Source of the DNA: Nymphaea colorata
Taxonomy: Eukaryota
NCBI RefSeq assembly: GCF_008831285.2
Contig: NC_045138.2
Location: 5,270,001-5,334,000, forward strand
Length of the DNA stretch: 64,000 nt
Direction of reading: 5' to 3'
Shown here one piece after another: positions 42,637 through 55,983 of this stretch. Made by a program: the position numbers and the translations under genes. Each line of letters starts with the position of its first letter. Within the stretch, counting starts at the first letter, position 1. The notes under the pieces are model-generated. The model saw nothing but the letters and a program-made list of their open reading frames with translations, made no database searches and was not told where the DNA came from.

Positions 42637-43536
42637 TCAAAACAAACCCAAAGTAAGAATCGTATTTTTCTTTTCACGCCATGCGTGATACTTAGTACAA
42701 TCCTTCTTCATATGACCTTCATCCTTGCAAAAGAAGCAGCTTGATTTGCCTTCCTTATGCTTCTTTTGTTTTTTGATGGATGCGTGATCAACTGCAATTT
42801 CTTTAGCCGTCTTTCTTTTCTTACTTTTTGGCATAGTAGCCAAGTGAGCACTTTCTATCCTATCATGCTTCAATCTTTCCTCTTCTTCCACACTGAGCGA
42901 AATGAGCTCATTAAGAGTCCATTTCTCCTTCTGACAGTTATAACTAACTTTAAATTGTCCAAACTGTGGTGGAAGAGAAAGAAGAACCATATGCACTATA
43001 AAGTCTTCAGGTAACCTCAGACCTAGTGCCTGTAATTTTGAAGCAAGATGAGACATTTCCATAATGTGCTCCCGTATGTTCCCCTTTCCTTTAAACCTCA
43101 GTGTCACAAGTTTACTCAAAAGAGTGCTTGTTACAGCCTTTTCATTTTTAGCAAAACGTTTTTCAATCTCTTCAAGGAACGCCTTGGCACTAGCCTTTTC
43201 AGTAATAGAGCCCCTAAAATTTTCTGGGATTGATCTATTCATGATCATTAGACACATGCGGTTTGAGCGTTCCCACTGTTCAAAGTACCGCTTATCCTCA
43301 TGGGAACTTTGATCTGTTGGATGAGGTGGGCACGACTCCCTAAATGCAAGGTCAAGATCCATACAACCCAAAACAATCATGACAGTTTCTTTCCAGTCCT
43401 TAAAATTCGAACCATTTAACTCAGGAACAGTACTTAAATTTGCAGATATCATAGAAGCAGAACTCACTGTACAAAGAACAAACCAAAAATACCAAACATG
43501 CTCACAATCAATACATGTACTAAGATGAAATAACAA
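42637..43536 (-). CDS. gag: Copia Gag, open frame in the left unit (probable start at MISANL, ~43452)
   Basis: LNGSNFKDWKE...LGCMDLDLA, WERSNRMCLMIM, LP.QFGQFKVSYN.QKEKWT, zinc knuckle CFFCKDEGHMKKDC. Confidence 0.85.
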   Translation of the reverse strand: MLFHLSTCIDCEHVWYFWFVLCTVSSASMISANLSTVPELNGSNFKDWKETVMIVLGCMDLDLAFRESCPPHPTDQSSHEDKRYFEQWERSNRMCLMIMNRSIPENFRGSITEKASAKAFLEEIEKRFAKNEKAVTSTLLSKLVTLRFKGKGNIREHIMEMSHLASKLQALGLRLPEDFIVHMVLLSLPPQFGQFKVSYNCQKEKWTLNELISLSVEEEERLKHDRIESAHLATMPKSKKRKTAKEIAVDHASIKKQKKHKEGKSSCFFCKDEGHMKKDCTKYHAWREKKNTILTLGLF

Positions 43537-45498
43537 ATATAAATGAATTTAAATACAATGGCCTGAATCCCATCACAAGGTACCGATGCAACGTTAATAT
43601 CCAATCTTTGGATTGAAATACTAACTGCAACTGGTATTCTTGGTCAACAATGAATATGGATAATTAACCATGTCAAACAACGAGCCTATCTTTGGATTGA
43701 CTCGCTATTCACATGGAAACCTGAAAAATTATCACATATTCATTGCCCTGTATACTTAAAACTGAGAAAGCAACAATCCTCCTTTGGGCTGATCATTGTC
43801 TGCATGGATCAAGTATACTATCATCTAATGTTTAAAACAAGCAAATTCGTACAACAGAGGTCACTTTGGCGACATAAAGTACAAACGTACTCATTTCAAA
43901 CAACAGACATGGCCAAAGATCAAAATTCATGATCCAAACATTCATCTAAAGTACACCCATAATTTTAATAACATGCAAAACATGATACATGAATTAAAAT
44001 TTACATAGAAAATTTGTCATTCATGGAATCCAAAAACTTATGCATAAACCAAATTACCATACACGTATGTCCTACATTAAATCCAAAACCAAAATGATTC
44101 AATGAAATGTGCCCAAAAGAGTCCAAAATCTATAAACCGGTACCATAATCGTGCTTAAGAGGGTCAAGAACTACTGAATCGGCCTTAAAATAGCCCGTAT
44201 CGTTCTTAAACCACAACAAAAACACCCACAAAGGCCCTAAATATGGTTGAACCGGTCTAAAAATTGGACGAACCATTCAAAATTAGACCGTATCGGTTCC
44301 AAAACCTAATGAACCGGTCCTGAAAGCCCTGAATCGGTTCTAAAACTGAATGAACCGGTCCCAAAATGGTCCGAATCGGGTTTAAAAGGTCTGAACCGGT
44401 TCTAAAACTGAATGAACCGCTCCACCAAATGTTCGAATCGGTCCCCGAAGTGAGAACCGGTTCCAAAAGGGTACGAACCGGTTTGAAAACCAACTGAATC
44501 GGTCCAGAAAAGATCTGAATCGGTCTGAAACTGAATGAACCGGTTCGATTCTTTTCAAAACCGGTTTGATAATAACGAACCGTTTCTATAAAATTAAACT
44601 GCATGGATACGGGTCGGGTCCGACATGACCCTACCCAGCCCAAAAAACTCAGCGTGCGGGCGGGCGGGCGAGCGCGGCCAAATGTTGTTTTTTTTTTTTT
44701 AATCTGATGGATCCGGATCGGGTCTGCAAGACCCGACCAAGTCCGACCCGCTGCCTACCGCGCGTGGTTCGCACGCCGCTGCTCCACCGTTGGCCTGCCG
44801 AACGGCAGGCGAACGGTGGAACTCCACCGGCAGGCCTCCGGAGAGCTTGGGTCGGCGCCGACAGGTGCCGCACGGCGCCGTCCGGCGACGGCTAAGTCGA
44901 CGGCAGGTCTATGACCTGCCGTCGCCCTCTGGCAGTGCCCTAATTTCTCAGATTTTGCCCCTTTTCTGATTTCCGCCCCTATCGACTGGAATGGGAGGCT
45001 AAAACGGCAGCGGGCAGGCCGCGGGTGGGCACCGGTGGGTCGCACGGCTCCGTCCGGCGACGGCGAACCCGCCGGTGGCCTCCCTCCCCACTCGTCGCCC
45101 ATCAACGGAAGTCCAACACCTTCCATCGTCTCCCTGCCTTCACCTTTTCCCTTCCTCTTGTTTTCTTCTTTCATGGCTGCGAAGGAGACGCCGACGGCAC
45201 CGACAGGCCACCCACGGCGTGGGTGGCCGCAGGCAGCTACGCGCCCCAACGGCCGAAGGCCCGCCGTCGCCCAACTGCGACAGACGCCCCCGATCCTATC
45301 GTCCCCTTCTACGATCCTCCTCATGACTGCAACGGAAGCCCGACGGCTTCCGTCGCACGCCCTCAACACAATTTTTTTTTTTTTTTTTAAAAAAAACTTG
45401 CAGCCGAAGAACCAAACGAGGAACATCCGAACGGGAAACGACGCACAAAATCATCAACAATCAACGATTTAACAAAGAACATAGGCTCTGATACCAAA

Positions 45499-45974
45499 TG
45501 TTGGGATTTCAACCCATTACGCATATACAAAACCAAACGTATATACCCTAAAACAGGATCATGCTCATGCTAAATCATTGAATCAAACATAACCTTAAAC
45601 TTAAAGCGGAAGCGTACCTGAATCCATCTGATCTGGTGCACGGGAAGATCGCAGCATGGTCTTCCAGGGTACGTGCGGCGCGCTTGAGGTCTCTCTCAGA
45701 TGGGGAAGAGGAAAACCCTAGAAACCAATGTTTCAGGCAACCCTTGCACGACCCGAGGGACCACTACCATTATATAATAAGGACAATTACGGATTCCACC
45801 CATCAAAGAGTCCGTAATTCCGTACTGGTATCTATACATTTCAAAATTCTCCCATACCATCTAAAATGACGTAATATCCCAAATTGCAATCACTTAAGCG
45901 GATATTTACGTTAAGACAGCCATAATGTCTGAAATTCCTCATAGACATATGTCGGCCCACCAAATGATCTTACA
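45499..45974 (-). repeat. Shared central LTR
   Basis: 476 bp, with a PBS on one side and a PPT on the other; no TSD. Confidence 0.96.
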
Positions 45975-48209
45975 ATCTCCCACTTGGGTCAAATATGTCT
46001 TAATACATTCAGACATTACACAAAACCTTAAGAGCTCATAACTGCTATCTTATTAAACGTCATTTCACCAATCTCGTCCATGATCATATCAACACAAAAC
46101 CAAAGCGGCTTTCGCTATATCAAAAGTTAGCTAAACTTTCAATGATTACAAATGTTAACATAACCAATGACATAGATCTGATATGGATGTATAGCATGAG
46201 AATTACATGCAATGTGATTACAACATGTCTATTCTCAACTGGTCCAACTTTAAAAACTTTATGAAGATCAAAACATAAACAAAGAATGGAACCAAAGAAC
46301 TTTAAACTTTATTCTGCAGAAAACTGAATACGTGTACATACATTAGAGCAAACAAAATACAAACTCCCACTAAATCAGCACATCATCCAAGGATAACACC
46401 CCATACGAACAACATGTTCGTGAAAGACCTTATGTGTTAAACCCTTGGCAAGCGAATCCGCAATTCATATAGTTTGTCCCAATATGCTCTAAAGACACTT
46501 GACCATTCTGTATCCCCTCTTTAACAGCCCAAAAACTTAATGTTGATGTGCTTCGACTTTGACAAACTGTGGCTGTTATAAGAGTATATGACTACTGAAT
46601 TATTGTCACGCAACAACCTTAGCGGTCTTTCTATACCATACATAATACGCAGCCTCGTGACAAAATTCTGCAATCACAAAACCTGATTGGATGTCATTAT
46701 CTTGGCACCCAGCAAAGTCAGAATATGAATACCCAATGATCTCCCACTGGTCTGACATCTTGTATGTAAGCATAAAATCTTATGTTCTTTTCATGTACCT
46801 CAAAACTCTTTTTGACTGCTATTTAATGATCCATACCAGGATCACTTAAGTATCTGCCTAACATTTCAATGATAAATGCAATATCCGGACGAGTACAAAC
46901 CTGAACATACATAAGGCTTCCCATAACAGACGAATAGGGAATCCTTTCAATTTCCTTAGATTCGATTTCACTTTTAGGGCACTGTTTGAGACTAAACTTG
47001 TCTCTATTAGCAACTGGAGTATCTTCTGGTTTAGAATCTTTCATGCCATATTGCTGAAGCACCTTATCAATGTAGGTCTTTTGTGATAATCCAAGAATAC
47101 CCCGAGAACGATCTCGAAATATTTGGATTCCTAATACAAAAGATGCACAACCAAGATCCTTCATGTCAAATTGTGTTGACAAAAATTCTTAGTTTCATGC
47201 AATATGCCCACATCATTACTTGTCAGCAATAAATTATTGACATATAAAACCAGAAAGATAAATTTGCCTCACTGAAGTTTTGGTATACACATTTATCAAC
47301 CATATTAGTCTCGAAACCAAATGAAACTATATTTTAATGAAATTTGTAATACCATTGATTGGAAAGCTTGCTTTAGTCCATATATGGATTTCCTTTGTGA
47401 CACCTCTACTTAATTTTCTTGAGGTTGTTGAGTTTGTTCTTAAGTATGGAGATCGACATCATTGCTTTCTTCTGAATAGAGTGGACTCAGGTCCCTCTTC
47501 AAAAGCAATGCTTCTAACTTGATCACCTCCCCAAACTCAATATCCTCAAAGAAAAAAAGGACAATTCCATTTTAAAGAAAGACTTACTGAATGGATTATA
47601 AAACTTATAACCTCTTAATGTTTGTTCATTTTCCCTTTATACATACACAAACATTAAAGTCTACAAAATCAAAAGGACTCAAGAATTCTATTTGACATAA
47701 GCCTTTTATTCTCTTTTCAGAGATTTGTCCTAAGCGCCAATGCCATAACATAGCAGAATTCTCTTTGACTAATTTCTTTTAGTACCACTAAACGTAACAT
47801 GCAAGGTTTTATGATATGAAGCAACTGTATCAAGCAAATAGAGGTTATAGCAACTAGACAAAGAACCAGTAGCAATCAAATTTGAATGCAGAAACAACTT
47901 AAATTTATTTCCTCCAAATGAACAATAATAACCAAATTTGTCCAGTAAAGAAATAAAAAATAAATTCCGTCTAAAAGACACGGTACTACATAAGTTTCTG
48001 TCAAATTCAAAAAACAACCAGTCTTTAACAATAACCCAAAAAATCTGCTATGGCTTCAATCTTCGCCTTCATGTCATCGCCCTCATAGATGAATCTTTCA
48101 GCATCAATTGGCGTCTGACAATTTAGGCAGCCCTGAACAAAAGACACTTATGTGAGTAGTAGCTACCGAATATACCCACAAGTGTCTTGGTACTAAAATT
48201 AAATTAACC

Positions 48210-49109
48210 TCAAAACAAACCCAAAGTAAGAATCGTATTTTTCTTTTCACGCCATGCGTGATACTTAGTACAATCCTTCTTCATATGACCTTCATCCTTG
48301 CAAAAGAAGCAGCTTGATTTGCCTTCCTTATGCTTCTTTTGTTTTTTGATGGATGCGTGATCAACTGCAATTTCTTTAGCCGTCTTTCTTTTCTTACTTT
48401 TTGGCGTAGTAGCCAAGTGAGCACTTTCTATCCTATCATGCTTCAATCTTTCCTCTTCTTCCACACTGAGCGAAATGAGCTCATTAAGAGTCCATTTCTC
48501 CTTCTGACAGTTATAACTAACTTTAAATTGTCCAAACTGTGGTGGAAGAGAAAGAAGAACCATATGCACTATAAAGTCTTCAGGTAACCTCAGACCTAGT
48601 GCCTGTAATTTTGAAGCAAGATGAGACATTTCCATAATGTGCTCCCGTATGTTCCCCTTTCCTTTAAACCTCAGCGTCACAAGTTTACTCAAAAGAGTGC
48701 TTGTTACAGCCTTTTCATTTTTAGCAAAACGTTTTTCAATCTCTTCAAGGAACGCCTTGGCACTAGCCTTTTCAGTAATAGAGCCCCTAAAATTTTCTGG
48801 GATTGATCTATTCATGATCATTAGACACATGCGGTTTGAGCGTTCCCACTATTCAACGTACCGCTTATCCTCATGGGAACTTTGATCTGTTGGATGAGGT
48901 GGGCACGAGTCCCTAAATGCAAGGTCAAGATCCATACAACCCAGAACAATCATGACAGTTTCTTTCCAGTCCTTAAAATTCGAACCATTTAACTCAAGAA
49001 CAGTACTTAAATTTGCAGATATCATAGAAGCAGAACTCACTGTACAAAGAACAAACCAAAAATACCAAACATGCTCACAATCAATACATGTACTAAGATG
49101 AAATAACAA
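48210..49109 (-). pseudogene. gag: Copia gag of the right unit, split by a premature stop
   Basis: Same sequence as 42637-43536 except CAG->TAG at 48849-48851 and a few substitutions. Confidence 0.88.
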
Positions 49110-51042
49110 ATATAAATGAATTTAAATACAATGGCCTGAATCCCATCACAAGGTACCGATGCAACGTTAATATCCAATCTTTGGATTGAAATACTAACTG
49201 CAACTGGTATTCTTGGTCAACAATGAATATGGATAATTAACCCTGTCAAACAACGAGCCTATCTTTGGATTGACTCGCTATTCACATGGAAACCTGAAAA
49301 ATTATCACATATTCATTGCCCTGTATACTTAAAACTGAGCAAGCAACAATCCTCCTTTGGGCTGATCATTGTCTGCATGGATCAAGTATACTATCATCTA
49401 ATGTTTAAAACAAGCAAATTCGTACAAAAGAGGTCACTTTGGCGACATAAAGTACAAACGTACTCATTTCAAACAACAGACATGGCCAAAGATCAAAATT
49501 CATGATCCAAACATTCATCTAAAGTACACCCATAATTTTAATAACATGCAAAACATGATACATGAATTAAAATTTACATAGAAAATTTGTCATTCATGGA
49601 ATCCAAAAACTGATGCATAAACCAAATTACCATACACGTATGTCCTACATTAAATCCAAAACCAAAATGATTCAATGAAATGTGCCCAAAAGAGTCCAAA
49701 ATCTATAAACCGGTACCATAATCGTGCTTAAGAGGGTCAAGAACTACTGAATCGGCCTTAAAATAGCCCGTATCGTTCTTAAACCACAACAAAAACACCC
49801 ACAAAGGCCCTAAATATGGTTGAACCGGTCTAAAAATTGGACGAACCATTCAAAATTAGACCGTATCGGTTCCAAAACCTAATGAACCGGTCTTGAAAGC
49901 CCTGAATCGGTTCTAAAACTGAATGAACCGGTCCCAAAATGGTCCGAATCTGGTTTAAAAGGTCTGAACCGGTTCTAAAACTGAATGAACCGCTCCACCA
50001 AATGTTCGAATCGGTCCCCGAAGTGAGAACCGGTTCCTAAAGGGTACGAACCGGTTTGAAAACCAACTCAACCGGTTCAGAAAAGATCTGAATCGGTCTG
50101 AAACTGAATGAACCGGTTCGATTCTTTTCAAAACCGGTTTGATAATAACGAACCGTTTCTATAAAATTAAACTGCATGGATACGGGTCGGGTCCGACATG
50201 ACCCTACCCGGCCCAAAAAACTCAGCGTGCGGGCGGGCGGGCGAGCGCGGCAAAATGTTTTTTTATTTTTTTAATCTGATGGATCTGAATCGGGTCTGCA
50301 AGACCCGACCAGGTCCGACCCGCTGCCTACCGCGCGTGGTTCGCATGCCGCTGCTCCACCGTTGGCCTGCCGAACGGCAGGCGAATGGTGGAACTCCACC
50401 GGTAGGCCTCCGGAGAGCTTGGGTCGGCGACGGCTAAGTCACCGGCAGGTCTATGACCGGTCGTCGCCCTCTGGCAGTGCCCTAATTTCTCAGATTTTGC
50501 CCCTTTTCTGATTTCCGCCCCTATCGACTGGAATGGGCGGCTGAAACGGCAGCGGGCAGGCCGCGGGTGGGCACCGGTGGGTCGCACGGCTCCGTCCGGC
50601 GACGGCGAACCCGCCGGTGGCCTCCCTCCCCAGTCGTCGCCCATCAACGGAAGGCCAACACCTTCCATCGTCTCCCTGCCTTCGCCTTTTCCCTTCGTCT
50701 TGTTTTCTTCTTTCATGGCTGCGAAGGAGACGCCGACGGCACCGACAGGCCACCCACGGCGTGGGTGGCCGCAGGCAGCTACGCGCCCCAACGGCCGAAG
50801 GCCCGCCGTCGCCCAACGGCGACAGACGCCCCCGATCCTGTCGTCCCCTTCTACGATCCTCCTCATGACTGCAACGGAAGCCCGACGGCTTCCGTCGCAC
50901 GCCCTCAACACAATTTTTTTTTTTTTTTAAAAAAAAAAAACTTGCAACCGAAGAACCAAACGAGGAACATCTGAATGGGAAACGATGCACAAAATCATCA
51001 ACAATCAACGATTTAACGAAGAACATAGGCTCTGATACCAAA

Positions 51043-51518
51043 TGTTGGGATTTCTCCCCATTACGCATATACAAAACCAAACGTATATACCCTAAAACAG
51101 GATCATGCTCATGCTAAATCATTGAATCAAACATAACCTTAAACTTAAAGCGGAAGCGTACCTGAATCCATCTGATCTGGTGCACGGGAAGATCGCAGTA
51201 GGGTCTTCCAGGGTACGTGCGGCGCGCTTGAGGTCTCTCTCAGATGGGGAAGAGGAAAACCCTAGAAACCAATGTTTCAGGCAACCCTTGCACGACCCCA
51301 TGGACCACTACCATTATATAATAAGGACAATTACGGATTCCACCCATCAAAGAGTCCGTAATTCCGTACTGGTATCTATACATTTCAAAATTACCCCATA
51401 CCATCTAAAATGACGTAATATCCCAAATTGTAATCACTTAAGCGGATATTTATGTTAAGACAGCCATAATGTCTGAAATTTCTCATAGACATATGTCGGC
51501 CCACCAAATGATCTTACA
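51043..51518 (-). repeat. Right LTR (5' LTR in element orientation)
   Basis: 476 bp, followed by TSD aaaca. Confidence 0.96.
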
Positions 51519-51769
51519 AAACACTCTTCTTCTGTGACCCTAATAGCCTGCATCACTTTTTGTCTATTAAACTCTAGGCCGAGAACTATATGCTCAGGGA
51601 ATTATATCACAGTTTATTCTCATTTTGATTACTTATGATCTTATGGACCTTGTCAATGCCAAGTATAAATGAAATTCCATGGAGTTAAACCTCAAATATA
51701 ACTAAGGCTGAAGTGGATGAATATATTCAGAAAGCTAAGGCGTTGGCTCACCAACTTGCCATCACCAGC

Positions 51770-52200
51770 TTTGTAGAAAGGTGGATCATCAGCAAGTAGT
51801 GGGTTATTGGATGAAAAGCATTTAGACTTACACCTGTTGTGCTGAACTTTGTAGAGATGATATTTTGTAATTTTATTTTGGGCGGATTCTGATCATATTA
51901 GGAAAGACTACTTAGTTGGAAGTCTGCATGCTCCGATACAAGAAGGTGGCCTTGGCCTTCATGACATCGCCAACTACAATAAAGCACTGATGGTTTAGTT
52001 AAATTTTCATGCTAGAATCTCCAACTCCTTGTGGGCTCTTTTGGTGAGACACCATTACTTGAATAGGAGATTGGGAAAACTATAAAGTAAAGCTCATTTC
52101 TCTTGGATATGGAAAAGCTGCCTTTTAAGGACGAGAAGGGATTTGTTACTTAATCAAGCAGTGTTTGGGTAGCATTAAGAAGGTGAAAATTTGATATGAG
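51770..52200 (+). mobile_element. LINE ORF2 relic, paralog of ~5535-5960
   Basis: caagaaggtggccttggcctt (EGGLGL) followed by NYNKALM; tttctcttggatatggaaaagctgcctttt shared with ~5840. Confidence 0.72.
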
Positions 52201-52714
52201 GATCCAGGATAGGGTAGAATATGGAGGGGAAGAAAGGCAAAGCAACATTGACTTGTAGACTTAGGCACTCCCCTCATAAAAATCAAGTTGAGTGAGTGGT
52301 CCGTTTAATTAGCTCCACCACAACATGATTGTCTTGCCAGTGGTAGAGGACAAATCCCCCAGCAAGTTTTGCTAGAACAGCAAATTTTGGGGTAATCAGC
52401 ATTTTTTGAACATTTTATGGTAAATTTACTTCAAAATATCAAAGATTGCAAGCCACAAACACCTTGATTTTCCTTCATTTTGATCAACTTTTTATCTGAT
52501 TAGATTGTCAACTCAAGTTCGGACCCATTTACATCTAATTTCAGAAGTTTAGACTCAAGCACAGCCTAAATCTAGACATATTTTGTAATTCAAATCTACA
52601 TTCAGACAGGGATTCACTCGAAAAACTCATATAGAGACTGAAAACAGGAGCGTAGACCCATATCTGGATTCAAGTCCCAGCGCTAAATCAAAATCAGATC
52701 CCTAGACCCACACT

Positions 52715-54590
52715 TGGATCCAAATGCCTCCTCTAGACCGCAAAAGAGCCCTCCGTCCATATCTAGATCTACATAGCTCTAGATTGAAGAGCCTTGGATT
52801 CATATTTGATTCAATTCAAGATCTAAAGAAAAAATGGATCCATAGATCCAAATGTAAGATCCAAATCCAAAATTGAGCCTTAGATCTGGATCGAAATCTT
52901 AGCTTTAGATCGAAAATTGTGCCAAAATTCAGATCAAAAACTGAGCATTAGATTCAAAAATATAGCCTATATCCAAAAATCCGATCCAAGATCCAGAAAT
53001 AGAGTCAAAATCCAGATCTCAATCCAAAAAAATAAACAAATCCAAATTCAATCCACAAACCATAATCTAGATCCTACCCAAATTTTTGATCTAAATATAA
53101 AAAATCAAGCCCCAGAATCAACCTCCAGCATGATATATATTTCAAGTTGGATCCCCGAACACACACACAAACTCCCGTCACCTTCTGTCTCGATTTTGCT
53201 TTATAAAATACAAAACTGGATTCGAGCATTTGACATCGACCTGGACCTTCCAGGTTTGGGAGAATTTCATTCAGATTCAACCAGACCCAAAATTGTCAAA
53301 AACAGGAGTCAAATTCATTTTAACAAAAAGTCATTTAGCCCTTAAAAAATATAAAATTTTCATTTTTTTTTTTTTAACCATGATACTGGGTGAGAGCACT
53401 CGGTGTCTTGCAGAGTGCTCTCGCCATGAGGGGCCCTGCCAATGCACCGCACATAAGTGCACTAGGAGGCCTAACTTGTTAATCCTAGTTTCCATCCATG
53501 AAAGAGAATTGTGAAATCTCTCTTTTAATTTCTCTCAAGTTTCTCTCCCTCGTTTTAGCTCTCTCTTTCTCTATCTCTTTCTAAAAAATCTCTTTTTCTA
53601 TGTTTTATCTCTCTTCAGTTTTCTCTCTTCCTTTTTCAAAATCTATTTCTCTCTTTCTTTCTTACTTCTCTTTTAATCTCCCTCTTTTTCTCTTTTTTCT
53701 TTTATCTCTCTCTCTCTCTCCTCTCCTGCCTTTACCAAGTGATGTCAGTTGCGTTAGGTGCCGTGCTATAACCACGGCTTCAGTTTGATTCTTGGAGGAT
53801 GAGTAGTATTGATCTTGGCATTAGGGATGCCATTATGAGGTCAAAAAGAACAGGTTCTTGTCCACCCTCTTCTTCCCTCTCCTCTATCTCCCTCTCCTCT
53901 ATCTCCCCTCTCTTTAGACTTCTCTCTCTCTCTCTCTCTCTCTTTATATATATATATAAAGTCTCATTTTGCTTAGCCCAAAATCTGTCAACTTCACCAA
54001 GGCCAATATTAAGGTGCAGTACCCATGATGCTACACTTGACTTGATAACATACCTATTTTGAATTACTTATTTAATTTCCTTTGCAAGCATAGAGAACTC
54101 TTTTTTTTTCATTTAACATGCATATTCACTTTGATCCAGATTCAACCATACTTTTTTTTTATTTAGATCTTTTTTCATTCAGATTCAACCATACTTGGAT
54201 CCAAATGCCACCTCTAAACCGCAAAAGAGCCCTACGTCCATATCTAGATCCACCTTGCTCTAGATTGAAGAGCCATGGATTCATATTTGATCCAATCCAA
54301 GATCTAAATAAAAAATGGATCCATAGATCCATATCTAGACCCAAATTCAAGATGCAGATACAAAATTGAGCCTTAGATCCAGATCCAAATCTCAAATTTA
54401 GATGGAAAATTGTACCAAAATTCGGATCGAAAACTGAGCATTAGATCCAAAAAATATAGCATATATTCAAAAACTCGATCCAAGTTCCAAAAATAGAGTC
54501 AAAATCCAGATCTCAGTCCAAATGAAAAAAAAAAATCCAAATTCAATCCACAAACCATAACCTAGATCCAACCCAAATTTTTTATCCAAA
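52715..54590 (+). repeat. Local direct duplication of a GATCC-rich segment (~52715-53100 vs ~54195-54590; third partial copy at ~4001-4190)
   Basis: cttggatccaaatgcc.cctcta.accgcaaaagagccct.cgtccatatctagatc and aaatagagtcaaaatcc.gatc in the copies. Confidence 0.85.
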
Positions 54591-55744
54591 TATAAGCCAA
54601 TGAGGAGGCATTTAACTCCCTCAGACCAGTTTTGGCAGTAACGAGCATGCTATTGGGAGAAAGCGTTCAGAGCCAAGAGGGCCCTAAAATGCTCGGCACA
54701 CAAGGGCACTAGGCCTAACTTGTTAATCCTAGTTTTCATCCATAAAGAGAATTTTGAACTTAAAATCTATCTTTTAATTTCCCTATTTCTCTCTTAGGTT
54801 TCTCTCTTTGATTTCTCTCTCTCGTTTTAGCTCTCTTTCTAAAAATTTTCTTTTTCTCTTTTTTCTCTCCCTTCAGTTCTCTCTCCTAAGGCTGGGCATA
54901 GGGCCGGGTCGGGCAGGCCCGGTAAAAATATAAAAACCCAAGCCCGGTATTGAAAACGGGCCAGCCTGACGCGGGACGCCGGGCCCATGCAATATCGGGC
55001 CTCGGGCTTTGATTTATGCCCGAGGCCCGGCCCGGCCCGATTATTAACGGGCCGGGCAGGCTGGACCGGACTTTTGGGCGGGTTGGGCCGAGCTTTCCTT
55101 TTCTTCATTTTTTCCCCCTTTTCAAGTTTCTGAAAACCCTAACCCTTCTCAACCCTAACCCCAATATCGAAAAGAGTCAATATGAAACTGGGCAATGGAA
55201 GTCAACCACCGCCATCCAATTCCCACCACCAACCAGCTACAGCGGACTCCCCACGGCCTTCTTTTTCTGTCGCATTCGCCCAACACCTCCTCCTCCGATA
55301 AGCCCAACGCCTCCTCCTCAGCCTTCTCCCAATGCCTCCTCTTCCGGTGTGTCCAACGCCTCCTCCTCCACCTTCGCCCAATGCCTCCTCCTCCTTCGCC
55401 TTCGCCTAACGCCTCCTCCTCCGGCAAGCCCCTTCCTCGCCGGCACTGCTGCTCTTCGCCCTCCCTCCTTGAGTCTCTGCAAGTTTGTAACCTCAAACAC
55501 CTACTTCGGTCATCATCAAAACAACGAAAAGAAGAGGAAGAAAACCCTAACTCCATTTATTTTTGAAAAAAAAATAAATTTCTTGTCGGTCTTTTCGGGC
55601 TCCCAATAATCATAGTTGCAGGCCCGAGCCCGGCCCGTTAATTACCGGGCCGGGCTGGGCCCGAAAAAAAAAAAGCCCGAAACTCAAGATTTCAAGGCCC
55701 GGGCCCGAGCCCAAGTCGGGCCTACATCTTTTTAATATATATAA

Positions 55745-55983
55745 GGGATCCTCCAGATAATTCAAATCGAAGTAATTTTATGTCTGACTCGGCCCTATAT
55801 GACATGACCGATCGATAGAAATACTCCAGCACTCCATCTTTGTCATATATTTGTCATATATTCCATATATCATACTAGATAGATATCATATTTATGGAAT
55901 ACGATTCACTTTCAAGATGCCTTGATGGTGAAATGGTAGACACGCGAGACTCAAAATCTCATGCTAAAGAGCGTGGAGGTTCG
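55745..55983 (+). other. Plastid-derived insertion (NUPT): ndhB-trnL(CAA) spacer of the inverted repeat plus 5' part of trnL
   Basis: tatatgacatgaccgatc...tagatagatatcatatt.atggaatacgattcactttcaagat directly before trnL-CAA matches the angiosperm plastid IR as recalled. Left boundary approximate. Confidence 0.85.
55919..55983 (+). pseudogene. trnL-CAA: Truncated plastid tRNA-Leu(CAA)
   Basis: gccttgatggtgaaatggtagacacgcgagactCAAaatctcatgctaaagagcgtggaggttcg; anticodon at 55952-55954; stops in the T-loop, so the 3' T-stem and acceptor strand are missing. Confidence 0.92.

Larger units (their letters stand above)
39927..51518 (-). mobile_element. Non-autonomous Ty1/copia element in a three-LTR tandem (LTR-int-LTR-int-LTR)
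   Basis: Three 476-bp LTRs (39927-40402, 45499-45974, 51043-51518); PBS reverse complement gctctgatacca next to the 2nd and 3rd LTRs; PPT reverse complement atctcccacttg next to the 1st and 2nd; TSD aaaca at 39922-39926 and 51519-51523; near-identical internal regions. Confidence 0.97.

Noticed and set aside
44130..44585. CRISPR-like array
   Set aside because: Degenerate short repeats with no unique constant-length spacers, inside a plant retrotransposon; no cas genes.
44257..45472. Long ORFs (128-223 aa) in the copia leader, repeated at 50198-51080
   Set aside because: They are stop-poor GC-rich or repetitive sequence open in several frames, and their ends differ between the two copies.
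55016..55609. Pro/Ser-rich 197-aa ORF and overlapping ORFs
   Set aside because: Produced by cgcctcctcct repeats inside the hAT element; no transposase motifs.
55919..55983. Functional nuclear tRNA-Leu gene
   Set aside because: The 3' T-stem and acceptor strand are missing, and the upstream flank is plastid spacer.
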